From: Anaerolineales bacterium UBA2317
Lineage (GTDB): Bacteria > Chloroflexota > Anaerolineae > Anaerolineales > Villigracilaceae
Assembly (NCBI GenBank): GCA_002345215.1
Contig: DDVH01000052.1
Span: 2,522 to 66,521, forward strand
Reading direction: 5' to 3'
DNA: 64,000 bases
Both the position numbers and the translations under genes were made by a program. The notes under the pieces were generated by a model. That model ran no database searches. It was given only the letters and a program-made list of their open reading frames with translations, and was not told where the DNA came from. Shown in pieces: positions 1 to 8,834 of the stretch (its first letter is position 1; every line of letters starts with the position of its first letter).

Positions 1-1012
1 CAACAGCAGTCAAACCATTTTCAAGTCCAACAATTTCTATAATTTCATTGGCTAACGTCACACTGCCTTCAATAGGTGAAACACCTGCTTGTACTAAAAC
101 CGTTTGCTCTCCAATAATAGAAACACCTTCAGGTAACACCAGCGACAATCTTGTTGTGATGTCATCTTGAGCGCTTTGTAAATCAAGCGGTTGTGTTTCA
201 ATCACGCCCGGCAAATTACTAACAAGGTCTGGGTTAGTAGAAAAAACAGTGATGACCGGCGGAAAGACAGATAAATCCGTCAGGCGGTATCCACTTGCCA
301 CACGCCCAACAATGGTTATCTTAACTGCTACATCACGATACCCACCTTGCTGACTGACCGGCAAAAGCACATTGACTGAACTTGGGCTTACATTCAAACC
401 CTCAATGATTTGACCATCTACATCTAACAACTCAATAGTTGAGACTTGGTCAAGATTTTCGCGAATACCATTTACATCCACAGAGGCTCTGGCACGGACT
501 ACTTGTTCAACCTTAGATTGTGGACCAGATACCGTCACTTGAACTGTTTCTAAATTCGCCTCTCCAATTTGATAGCCAACTGCTACTTCACCTACGAGAT
601 TTAAATCAACCTCTAAAATTTTTCTTTCCAGTGGTTCTAAGTTGAAAGTTACAGCACTCGGTGTGACGGTAATAATTTGCACCGGGCGAGCATTGATTTG
701 AATTTGTAACTCAGATGTATGTTCACCCGCACTTAAAGTTGAAAAATCTAAAATTGCACTTACCAATTGCGGATTTGCCTCAAGCAATTCCCAAACCGAA
801 CGTGGCGCACGTAAAGTAATTTCTACTTGTTCTGGAATCGTACTCCCTAAAACAAGGTCTGAAGATTGACCAATTTTTTGAATCGTGACAGGGTACGGAA
901 GTTTGCGTGTTTCATCTGGGTCTGCAGAAGTGACGGCAGAAATCCACACAGCAATGGATAATGCAAGCGCCCATAAAAATGTTTTGTAGTTATTAATAAT
1001 CCAACGTAACAT
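1..1012 (-). CDS. cdaR: CdaR/YbbR-like regulator of diadenylate cyclase (3' end runs off the window start)
   Basis: Not in the ORF track; read manually. ATG at 1012-1010 overlaps the cdaA TAA. Translation MLRWIINNYKTFLWALALSIAVWISAVTSADP... has one N-terminal TM followed by YbbR-like beta-rich repeats, directly downstream of cdaA. Confidence 0.88.
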   Translation of the reverse strand, partial: MLRWIINNYKTFLWALALSIAVWISAVTSADPDETRKLPYPVTIQKIGQSSDLVLGSTIPEQVEITLRAPRSVWELLEANPQLVSAILDFSTLSAGEHTSELQIQINARPVQIITVTPSAVTFNLEPLERKILEVDLNLVGEVAVGYQIGEANLETVQVTVSGPQSKVEQVVRARASVDVNGIRENLDQVSTIELLDVDGQIIEGLNVSPSSVNVLLPVSQQGGYRDVAVKITIVGRVASGYRLTDLSVFPPVITVFSTNPDLVSNLPGVIETQPLDLQSAQDDITTRLSLVLPEGVSIIGEQTVLVQAGVSPIEGSVTLANEIIEIVGLENGLTAV

Positions 1013-1881
1013 TATTTTTCTTCTTTTCGTTTTGTAAAACTAGCCAAGAGTTTCCCAAATAATGATGGTTGATAATCTTTGCCGTTTGGTCTAAAGAAAG
1101 CAGTCAGAATATTTTCTAAACGTTCAGGGTCTAAGCGGCGTAACATTCTACCGGAATGTGCAATAGAGATTGCGCCAGTCTCTTCGGATACGACCAATGC
1201 AATTGCATCACTATTTTCAGAAGTTCCTAAGGCGGCTCGATGACGTAATCCCATTTGACGTTCAGGCGTGCGATTCAAAATTCCGCTAGCAGATAAAGGT
1301 AAGACACATGCCGCCGCTGTAACTTTTGAGTTGACGATAATCACGCCACCATCATGTAACGGTGTGTTTGGATAAAAAATTTGTAACAATAATTCAGGCG
1401 TCACTTTGGCATTTAGTTGCACGCCAGTTTGTGAAAATTCTTCGAGATTATCTAAACGTTGTAACACAATCAATGCACCATGTTGGCGAGCGGATAATCT
1501 GGTGGTGGCTGTGACGACTGCGCGAATAGTATCTTCTATCCCTGTAGAGTCTGTTGAGGAAATAGAAACAAAATTCCCCGCGCGTCCGAGGCGTTCTAAT
1601 GTCCGCCGAATCTCTGGGGCAAATATCACCGGTAAGGCGAGGAGTAATGCTGGCAATGAGTTTTGAGCAATCCACGAGAATGCGGGTAAATCAACGAGGC
1701 TGGTTAAGAGAATTAATGCAACCACAAGCAAAATCATGCCGCGTAGTAGTGCCATGGCTTGTGTATCTCTTAATGTATAAAGCAAGGCAAAGAAAATCAG
1801 CGTGACGAGCAAAATGTCTAACATGCTCAACCAGCTGATGCGTTGAAATATAAAAAAGAGATTGTTTAGAAAATCAGTCAC
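1012..1881 (-). CDS. cdaA: Diadenylate cyclase CdaA (3 TM + DAC domain)
   Basis: DAC motifs PLHDGGV and GLRHRAALG, three N-terminal TM segments, coupled to a cdaR-like gene. Confidence 0.95.
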   Translation of the reverse strand: MTDFLNNLFFIFQRISWLSMLDILLVTLIFFALLYTLRDTQAMALLRGMILLVVALILLTSLVDLPAFSWIAQNSLPALLLALPVIFAPEIRRTLERLGRAGNFVSISSTDSTGIEDTIRAVVTATTRLSARQHGALIVLQRLDNLEEFSQTGVQLNAKVTPELLLQIFYPNTPLHDGGVIIVNSKVTAAACVLPLSASGILNRTPERQMGLRHRAALGTSENSDAIALVVSEETGAISIAHSGRMLRRLDPERLENILTAFFRPNGKDYQPSLFGKLLASFTKRKEEK

Positions 1882-1977
1882 GATATATTCGGGCTAGTTA
1901 TAACAGTTACAGATTAACCCCAGTTAACTATTACAAAAGCCCAACCTTAAGAAAATTTTGTCACATTAGGTGACGTG

Positions 1978-3144
1978 TTAAATTGGTCGTAAAACTCTAT
2001 CTTGTCTTAATTGTTTGAAGAACAAACCACTTCCAGCAGATGTAGATTCGATGGCGGCATCTTGCCAGGCTTGCACACCTAATGTTTCCGGTGTACGTTT
2101 TTCATAACCCAATTTTTGCCAAACAGTTTCTTGATTTGCAAGTTCGTTCAATGCAAAAATTAAGGAGGCTTCACTTTGCAATTCAGCAGATGCTTTTTCA
2201 ACACCTTCAATTAAAACTTCGAGCGCTTTGGCGGTGTCAATATTTTCTTCTAAGAAAATATCACTTGTGCGGGTGACTAAGTTTTCTACTTGCCAACCTG
2301 CCACTCCTGCCATTTGGTCACCGATTTGTAAAAGCATATAAGCTTTTTCGCCAAACGATTCCATTACATCATCAACAGACATACTTCTTTTGCCTTTACT
2401 TAAACGCGTAATTAATTCAGCAATTACAGAAGCGTGTTTGGGTTTGCCACGTACTACTGTAAAGTCACCAGTTAATTCTTTGGCAACTTTTACCGGTTTC
2501 ATTTTTTGAACCGTGTCATCACTGGCATCTTTTTCTTTTGCGCCGGGGATAATTTGCTTCCACGCTTCGCTCACTTGTTTCCACAAATCATCATACGAAC
2601 CAGTATTGGTGATGACCATATTTGCGACAGTCACTTTTTGACTTTGTGGCGATTGCGAATGGATTCTTTCCAAAGCCTGCTCACGAGATAAACCACGCTT
2701 CTTTATCAAACGTTCAACCTGCGTCTCCTCTGGAGCATTTGTCACCCAGATAGAATCGCACACATTTCTTAAATCGCCCTCCAAAAGTTTAATGGCTTCA
2801 ATCACAATCACGGATTGGGTTGCACGTTTCACCAAAATATCTGCCGCCTGACGAACCAATGGATGCACAATATCTTCTAATTGGCGCATCGCTTCAGGGT
2901 CACTGAAAACTAAATTGCCAAGTTTGGCGCGGTCAATTTCGTTATCTTTGTTTAAGATCCACTTGCCGAATTTATCAATTACTTGTTGATAACCCGGCGC
3001 GCCTTTGGCATAGACGCGATGCGTCAAAGCATCTGCATCAATAGTGTATGCGCCTAAATGTTCCAACATGCGACGCACCACACTTTTTCCGGTGGCGATG
3101 TTTCCAGTGAGACCAATGACGAATTTTCCAGGTATGCTACTCAA
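1978..3144 (-). CDS. coaE: Dephospho-CoA kinase with an extra C-terminal GNAT-like domain
   Basis: IGLTGNIATGKS P-loop, IDAD and IDRAKLG motifs in the first ~200 aa; ~160 aa C-terminal extension; TTG start with AAGGA upstream. Confidence 0.9.
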   Translation of the reverse strand: MSSIPGKFVIGLTGNIATGKSVVRRMLEHLGAYTIDADALTHRVYAKGAPGYQQVIDKFGKWILNKDNEIDRAKLGNLVFSDPEAMRQLEDIVHPLVRQAADILVKRATQSVIVIEAIKLLEGDLRNVCDSIWVTNAPEETQVERLIKKRGLSREQALERIHSQSPQSQKVTVANMVITNTGSYDDLWKQVSEAWKQIIPGAKEKDASDDTVQKMKPVKVAKELTGDFTVVRGKPKHASVIAELITRLSKGKRSMSVDDVMESFGEKAYMLLQIGDQMAGVAGWQVENLVTRTSDIFLEENIDTAKALEVLIEGVEKASAELQSEASLIFALNELANQETVWQKLGYEKRTPETLGVQAWQDAAIESTSAGSGLFFKQLRQDRVLRPI

Positions 3145-3246
3145 GGGGGGTCCTTATATTTCTTCCTATTTTATCAAACTAAATAAGGATTTCACAGTCT
3201 AAAGCCCAAAACAAAACTGAAAACTGCAACATTTTAGGAGAATAAC

Positions 3247-3275
3247 TTGCACTTTCCCCTTTACGAGTGTATTAT
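3247..3275 (+). promoter_or_regulatory. Sigma70-type promoter of rnpB
   Basis: TTGCAC (3247-3252), 17-nt spacer, TATTAT (3270-3275), just upstream of the RNase P RNA. Confidence 0.75.
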
Positions 3276-3284
3276 CAACTCACC

Positions 3285-3695
3285 TCAGGTTGGTTGGGCA
3301 ATCGCGGTTCTGCGTTGACGGAATCGAGGAAAGTCCGCACTCCTATAGAGCACGGCGTCGGATAGCATCCGGGGCGGGTACAACCTGCCGGATAAGGGCC
3401 ACAGAAACAAACAGCATTCTTCGGGATGTGATGGTGAAAAGGTGGTGTAAGAGACCACCAGCGCGCACAGCAATGTGTGTGGCTAGGTAACCCCCGCCGG
3501 GAGCAAGGCCAAGCAGGAGCAAGTTCGTCTGTGGACGATGGGAAGCGGCTCGTTTCCATACGTACCACTTCCAAGCGTGGGAGTGGTCAGCTCCGGGTAG
3601 GCTGCATTGAGCGATGTGGCGACACGTCGCCCAGAGAGATGATTGCACAGATGACGCGAGTCATTGGACAGAATGCGGCTTATAGACCAGCCTGA
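3285..3695 (+). ncRNA. rnpB: RNase P RNA, bacterial type A
   Basis: GAGGAAAGTCCGCA and ACAGAATGCGGCTTAT (compensated P4), GGTGAAAAGGTGGTGTAAGAG, GAGCAAGGCCAA, GGGTAGGCTGC; 5' TCAGGTTGGTT pairs with 3' GACCAGCCTGA (P1). Confidence 0.97.
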
Positions 3696-3741
3696 GGTGG
3701 TTTATCTCATTATTATTTATAAAAAAGAAAATGCTTTATAA

Positions 3742-3799
3742 ATTGGACAGAACCCCACATGGGGGCGCGTTGCGTTTATAGATCAGCCTGAGATGGTTT
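3742..3799 (+). repeat. Degenerate direct copy of the rnpB 3' end with an 18-nt insertion
   Basis: ATTGGACAGAA[CCCCACATGGGGGCGCGT]TGCGTTTATAGATCAGCCTGAGATGGTTT versus ATTGGACAGAATGCGGCTTATAGACCAGCCTGAGGTGGTTT at 3663-3703. Confidence 0.85.
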
Positions 3800-3837
3800 T
3801 GTTTAGTTGGTTAGTTATTAGTTTGATAGTTGAAGTT

Positions 3838-3862
3838 GTAGGTCACGCTTGTAGCGTGACCT
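3838..3862. repeat. GTAG-tagged REP-like palindrome
   Basis: GTAGGTCACGCT-TGT-AGCGTGACCT, between convergent rnpB and the EAL gene. Confidence 0.75.
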
Positions 3863-3869
3863 TTATTTT

Positions 3870-4622
3870 TTATCCAAAATTAACCACGGGCAATTCTTCA
3901 AATGCCGGTTTGGCAAATAAATATCCCTGAAACAGAGTCACGCCTAAATCTTGTAATGAAGCGAACTCATCTTTTGTTTCAATTCCTTCAGCAATGATTC
4001 TTATATCCAATTCACGGCAGACTTGAATAATGCTGTTGACAATCGTGTGTTTGATACGGTCTTTATCAATGTTGCGAGTCAATGCCATATCTAACTTGAC
4101 ATAATTGGGTTGAAATTTTGCCAATAAATTCAAACCTGAATATCCCGCACCAAAATCATCAATGGCAGTTAAGAATCCGCGATGTTTATATTCTTTCATA
4201 ATGGCATCTAGGTGCAAAGGGTCACTCACTTTTTCACCTTCTGTCACTTCAAAAATAATTTTCTCAACAGGAAAATGATATTCTTTCGCGGCTTGTAACG
4301 TTGTGCGAATACAGGTTTCAGGTTGATAAACTGCGTTTGGTAAAAAATTGATATTCAAAAAAGATTGCATTTCAAGTTCAGAAGCCGTTTTGATGGCTTT
4401 CACGCGACAGGCTTGGTCAAAACGATAACGATTATGTTCATGCACTTGTGAAAGTATCGAACTCGCGGGTTCGTTGTTTGGTCCGCGCACGAGTGCTTCG
4501 TAAGAAAAAATAGTTTTATAGGTTGTATCAATAATCGGCTGAAACGCCATACTAAAATCAAAGCCGAGCCCGGCACCTGCCGCACACTCAGCACACGAAA
4601 GAGGAAAATAACCAGAGGACAT
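3870..4622 (-). CDS. Stand-alone EAL-domain c-di-GMP phosphodiesterase
   Basis: AFQPI, EALVR, DDFGAGYS, IAEGIET and QGY motifs; N-terminal CAEC. Confidence 0.92.
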   Translation of the reverse strand: MSSGYFPLSCAECAAGAGLGFDFSMAFQPIIDTTYKTIFSYEALVRGPNNEPASSILSQVHEHNRYRFDQACRVKAIKTASELEMQSFLNINFLPNAVYQPETCIRTTLQAAKEYHFPVEKIIFEVTEGEKVSDPLHLDAIMKEYKHRGFLTAIDDFGAGYSGLNLLAKFQPNYVKLDMALTRNIDKDRIKHTIVNSIIQVCRELDIRIIAEGIETKDEFASLQDLGVTLFQGYLFAKPAFEELPVVNFG

Positions 4623-4698
4623 GCCTAGATTTTAATAGAATATTTTTGAAATTGAAAAGGTTTGATTAAAGAATTTTTATTTTATAATCACATACTCT

Positions 4699-5010
4699 AT
4701 GCAAATTCATCCACGTCTTGTTGCAATCCATCAACGAGTCAGCCAAAAACCTTTACAAAATATCTCAATTGCTGTTGGCGAACTTGTCCCATTCGATGAG
4801 TCTAATCTTCGTGCACAATGGCATGAACTTGTAAAAAATACTTCGCTTGAACAAACGCCATTAACCATTCGCATCATCCCTGCTGAACAACAATGTATGG
4901 TTTGCTTTCTAAAATATCATCCTGTTGAAAAAGAGACTGCTTGCCCGCAATGTAAAAGCGTTGGCGCGAAAATTATTTCAGGTGAGGAATTTTATCTTGA
5001 TGAAAAATAA
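4699..5010 (+). CDS. HypA-like zinc-finger protein lacking the N-terminal MHE nickel motif
   Basis: VGEL, CMVC...CPQC and GEEFYL match the HypA/HybF pattern; the N-terminus is MQIH. Confidence 0.75.
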   Translation: MQIHPRLVAIHQRVSQKPLQNISIAVGELVPFDESNLRAQWHELVKNTSLEQTPLTIRIIPAEQQCMVCFLKYHPVEKETACPQCKSVGAKIISGEEFYLDEK

Positions 5011-5983
5011 AATCTTTTTGATTTTCTTAACGTTCAGCCTTTATGCCTGTAACTTACCCGCTTCGACTCCTACGCCAGACCTGCTTGCTACACTTTCGGC
5101 ATCTACTCCCATTCCAGCGGATTCAAACCCACTGCCGACGATTCCAGTATCCTCAAACGGCGAACCGATTGGAAAAATTGCCTACACTTGTCAAATTTTC
5201 AAAGCACAAGCCAGCAATCAGATTTGCATTATCAATGCTGATGGAAGCGGATTTAGAAGATTAACGGTTGACAATACAAAGCAACATTACTATCCATCCG
5301 TTGCACCAGATGGATTAAGTGTTGTCTATGCCGCGTTTCGTGAACCAAATATTTATGAAATTTATGAAGTCAATATTGCCAGTGGAGTCATTACTCAGCT
5401 AACAGATAGACTTGGCAATTTAAACAGCCCAGAAATTTCACCGAATGGAAACACAATTGTTTTTAAACTTTCAACACCGAGTGCAAATCAATTGTGGTTG
5501 ATGAATCGCGATGGCACAAATCCACGACAAATTCCAAATGTCACAGGTTGGGACCCGACTTGGTCACCGGATGGAAACAAAATATTATTTGCATCAGATA
5601 TGAACGAAGCAATACAACTTTATACAGTCAATGTAGACGGTAGTGAACTGTTGAAAATCAGCAACCTGCCAGCCATCAGAGGAAGAAGCGATTGGTCACC
5701 AGATAGCAGTTTCATCGTCACATATTCTGGTCAGCCATGGAATCGTGATGTCTATATCATGAATGCAGATGGAACGAATACAAGAATGTTGAGTCCAACG
5801 GGAGGCAATTCACAAGGACCAAGTATTTCGCCAGATGGTGGGTGGGTAGCCTTTACTTCCTATTTTGACCAATACCGTGTAGACAATGGCTGTGAAATCT
5901 ATATAATGAGAGTGGATGGCACGGATGTGCGCCGACTAACAAATAATGATTATTGTGATTATCAACCCCGTTGGGGTCCGTGA
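5000..5983 (+). CDS. TolB-like/PD40 beta-propeller lipoprotein
   Basis: Probable start ATG 5000 (GAGG upstream), lipobox LYAC, repeated P-x-W/I-S-P-D-G motifs. Confidence 0.85.
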   Translation: MKNKIFLIFLTFSLYACNLPASTPTPDLLATLSASTPIPADSNPLPTIPVSSNGEPIGKIAYTCQIFKAQASNQICIINADGSGFRRLTVDNTKQHYYPSVAPDGLSVVYAAFREPNIYEIYEVNIASGVITQLTDRLGNLNSPEISPNGNTIVFKLSTPSANQLWLMNRDGTNPRQIPNVTGWDPTWSPDGNKILFASDMNEAIQLYTVNVDGSELLKISNLPAIRGRSDWSPDSSFIVTYSGQPWNRDVYIMNADGTNTRMLSPTGGNSQGPSISPDGGWVAFTSYFDQYRVDNGCEIYIMRVDGTDVRRLTNNDYCDYQPRWGP

Positions 5984-5989
5984 TATTTT

Positions 5990-6030
5990 GTAGAGGCGAG
6001 GTAAGTGCCACGCAGTGGTATATCTCGCCC
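5990..6030. repeat. Degenerate GTAG-tagged palindrome
   Basis: GTAGAGGCGAG...ATCTCGCCC imperfect inverted repeat. Confidence 0.5.
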
Positions 6031-6044
6031 AAAAGGAGAACAAC

Positions 6045-6863
6045 ATGGAAGTTAAAGGAAAAGTTGTCATTGTCACTGGAGCATCATCAGGGATTGGTGA
6101 AGCGACTGCTCGTGAATTTGGAAAAGAAGGTGCAAAAGTTGTTCTCGCCTCACGGCGTGTTGATAAATTACAAACGCTGGCTGAAGAAATAAATAAAATG
6201 GGAACTGAAGCCTTAGTTGTTCAAGCGGATTTATCTAAACTCGAAGATATTCAAAAATTAGTTGCAGAAACACTTGCAAAATTTAATCGCATTGATATTT
6301 TGGTAAATAATGCAGGCTTCGGACGTTTAGATTGGTTGGAGAACTTAGACCCCGTCAAAGATATTCAAGCACAAATTGATGTAAATGTAATGGGTGTGAT
6401 TCAAACCACGCGACAAGTGTTGCCAGTGATGATTAAACAACGAAGCGGAAGCATTATCAATATGTGTTCGATGGCTGGCTTGGTGGCGACTCCCACTTAT
6501 ACAATTTATGCCGCATCCAAACATGCTGTGCATGGATTTTCCGAAGCCTTACGCCGTGAAGTCAAACCTTGGGGCATTGATGTTTCATTGATTTATCCCG
6601 GTGGTGTGGTGACAGAATTTACGCAACATGCAGGCATCAAACGAAAGACGAATGCAAAGACTCCAAACTTTATGTTGTTAACTGCTGAACAAGTTGCACA
6701 AGCCGTTGTGAAGTTAGTTCATAAACCACGCCGCATGTGGATTATTCCATGGTTATGGGGTGTGAGTGTGTTTATGAATCGCTTTTTCCCCGGGCTGGTG
6801 GATAATACGACTATTAATCGTTTTACGATTCCTGAACGAGAAGATGAGTTGAAGAAAATGTGA
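6045..6863 (+). CDS. Short-chain dehydrogenase/reductase
   Basis: TGASSGIG, NNAG and YAASK motifs; ATG 6045 follows AAGGAG. Confidence 0.93.
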   Translation: MEVKGKVVIVTGASSGIGEATAREFGKEGAKVVLASRRVDKLQTLAEEINKMGTEALVVQADLSKLEDIQKLVAETLAKFNRIDILVNNAGFGRLDWLENLDPVKDIQAQIDVNVMGVIQTTRQVLPVMIKQRSGSIINMCSMAGLVATPTYTIYAASKHAVHGFSEALRREVKPWGIDVSLIYPGGVVTEFTQHAGIKRKTNAKTPNFMLLTAEQVAQAVVKLVHKPRRMWIIPWLWGVSVFMNRFFPGLVDNTTINRFTIPEREDELKKM

Positions 6864-6984
6864 TGTCTTTGTGAGGAGGGTGTTCTTCTCGGCGAAGCAA
6901 TCTCAAAATTAATTAGAAGATTGCTTCACTTGTGGTCTCGATACGTTGCTTCGCAACTACTCGACCAACAAGCTCGCAATGACA
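6864..6984. repeat. GTCATTGCGAG-type palindromic element with a nested GGTCTCGATAC/TACTCGACC element
   Basis: Outer arms TGTCTTTGTGAG...CGAAGCAATCT...AGATTGCTTC...CTCGCAATGACA resemble 36443-36532; the inner hairpin 6929-6972 resembles 24921-25067. Confidence 0.75.
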
Positions 6985-6986
6985 AG

Positions 6987-8696
6987 TTAACTCTTCTTCA
7001 AATCCTTCAAATTCAACTGATAACTCACACGCCCATTAAATTCATTTAATTCATACGTAAATAAAATATCAACGCGTGCAGGTATATTTTTGTGCCAATC
7101 GCCCAAACGAAAACCAATCGCATCATGCGTCAAACCTTTTTCATCTTCAAGTGATAACTTGAGATGTTTACCTTCCGCGCCGACTGTGCGCGAATTTTTC
7201 ACTTTGACATTTCTTGCAACAAAACTAGGTTCACGATTTCCATAACCAGTCGGTTCGAGATAACGTAAACATTTTTCATATAACTCAGGACGGATTTCAC
7301 TCAACGACACTTCCGCATCAGCCGTAAGGGTGGGCTTGAGTTCTGTGCCTGATAGTTTTTCTTCGGCGACGGATTTCAAACGCAATACTAATTCTGCTAA
7401 ATTTTCATTCTTAACTGTAAAACCTGCTGCGGCGGCATGACCTCCATGACGGACAAGTAAATCTGCACATTGGTCGAGAGCATCGGTGATGTGAAATTCT
7501 GGAATTGAACGGCATGAGCCACGCGTCTCTTCTTCACCTTTAGAAGCAACAACTGCCGGGCGATAATATTTTTCAGTCAGACGAGAAGCGGCGAGACCGA
7601 TGACTCCTGAATTAAAACTTTCGTCTACTGCAAAAAGTAAATGCGAATCTTTATCTTGACTCGTTGCAATTTCTTCGGCGCGCGTTTGCATGTCACGCGT
7701 AATGCGTTGACGTTCTCGATTTTGCATTTCTAATTGCTGAGCCAATTCACCTGCTTTGAAAACATCGGTTGTAGTCAATAGCTCAAAAGAGGCGAGTGCT
7801 TCTTTTAATCTACCCGATGCATTCAAGCGTGGACCTAAACGAAAGCCGATATCCATGGCGGTGATTTTTGGAACTGATAATTCTGAAACGCCAGCGAGTG
7901 AAAACAAACCTTGTCTCGTCGTCTGCCGCATTTGACGAAGCCCGCGCTTCACTAACACGCGATTTTCACCGACCAAGGGAGCCAAATCCGCGACGGTTCC
8001 AAGTGCGACCAAATCAAGTAACCAATCTAAATCATTCATCATCGGATTTTGCACGCTGAATAGTGCTTCGGCAATTTTGTAGGCAATGCCTACGCCTGCT
8101 AAATCTTTGTCAGGATAAATATCTCCATGTTGTTTGGGATTGATAACCGCAAACGCTTCTGGTAAGTTTTCGCCGTCAGGGTGGTGATGGTCACTGATAA
8201 TTAAATCTAGTCCAATGTTCTTTGCATGCAATGCTTCACTCGGTGAACGAATTCCACAATCTACACTAATAACTAACTTTATGCCGCGTGATTTCAAATC
8301 ATCTAATGCGTTGGGATTTAATCCATAGCCTTCTTCAAAACGATTTGGAATATAACTTTCAACATTTGCATCTAATCTTCTCAATGCATCTACCAACAAA
8401 GCCGTAGCCGTAACTCCATCTACGTCATAGTCACCATAAATGGCAATGGGTTCATTATTTTTGATTGCGAATTGAATCCTATCAATCGCTTTTTCCATTC
8501 CAGTCATTTGAAATGGATTGGTATCAATGTTTGGTTTTCCATTTAAGAAATTTTTTGATTCTTCATACGTTGCGAATCCGCGATTGAAAAGAATCTGCCG
8601 CAAGATGGGAGGAAATTTTTCAAGTGCTGAATCAGCTTCCCCCGTAATGTGAGGCGGGATAATCCAGCGTTTGTCTCTGGTGATTTCAATGGTCAT
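6987..8696 (-). CDS. recJ: Single-stranded-DNA exonuclease RecJ
   Basis: YGDYDVDG, DCG, DHH, TVADL and GGHAAAAG (DHH/DHHA1) motifs. Confidence 0.96.
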   Translation of the reverse strand: MTIEITRDKRWIIPPHITGEADSALEKFPPILRQILFNRGFATYEESKNFLNGKPNIDTNPFQMTGMEKAIDRIQFAIKNNEPIAIYGDYDVDGVTATALLVDALRRLDANVESYIPNRFEEGYGLNPNALDDLKSRGIKLVISVDCGIRSPSEALHAKNIGLDLIISDHHHPDGENLPEAFAVINPKQHGDIYPDKDLAGVGIAYKIAEALFSVQNPMMNDLDWLLDLVALGTVADLAPLVGENRVLVKRGLRQMRQTTRQGLFSLAGVSELSVPKITAMDIGFRLGPRLNASGRLKEALASFELLTTTDVFKAGELAQQLEMQNRERQRITRDMQTRAEEIATSQDKDSHLLFAVDESFNSGVIGLAASRLTEKYYRPAVVASKGEEETRGSCRSIPEFHITDALDQCADLLVRHGGHAAAAGFTVKNENLAELVLRLKSVAEEKLSGTELKPTLTADAEVSLSEIRPELYEKCLRYLEPTGYGNREPSFVARNVKVKNSRTVGAEGKHLKLSLEDEKGLTHDAIGFRLGDWHKNIPARVDILFTYELNEFNGRVSYQLNLKDLKKS

Positions 8697-8834
8697 AACT
8701 TTGTGAGTATAAACTATAAATAAATAGAGAGGAATAAAATTATAAAGCCGTGAGGACTATGATGATGCAATTTGCGGACGCATAAATAAAATGTGATATA
8801 ACATATTAAATTCTCTTCTTAGTTTGGAGGTTTT

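Noticed and set aside
1882-1977. c-di-AMP (ydaO) riboswitch near cdaA
   Set aside because: The intergenic region is short and lacks recognisable ydaO consensus segments; only a small GTCAC/GTGAC hairpin is present.
3275-3695. Five ORFs (62-101 aa) on both strands
   Set aside because: They overlap the RNase P RNA, have no start signals or protein-like composition, and are shadows of a GC-rich RNA gene.
4925-4999. Tracked N-terminal extension of the PD40 protein; likewise 6015, 41293, 44735, 49894, 59516 and 61134 starts
   Set aside because: Downstream ATGs have better SD or coupling signals and match family N-termini. The extensions overlap neighbouring genes, the tRNA or repeats.
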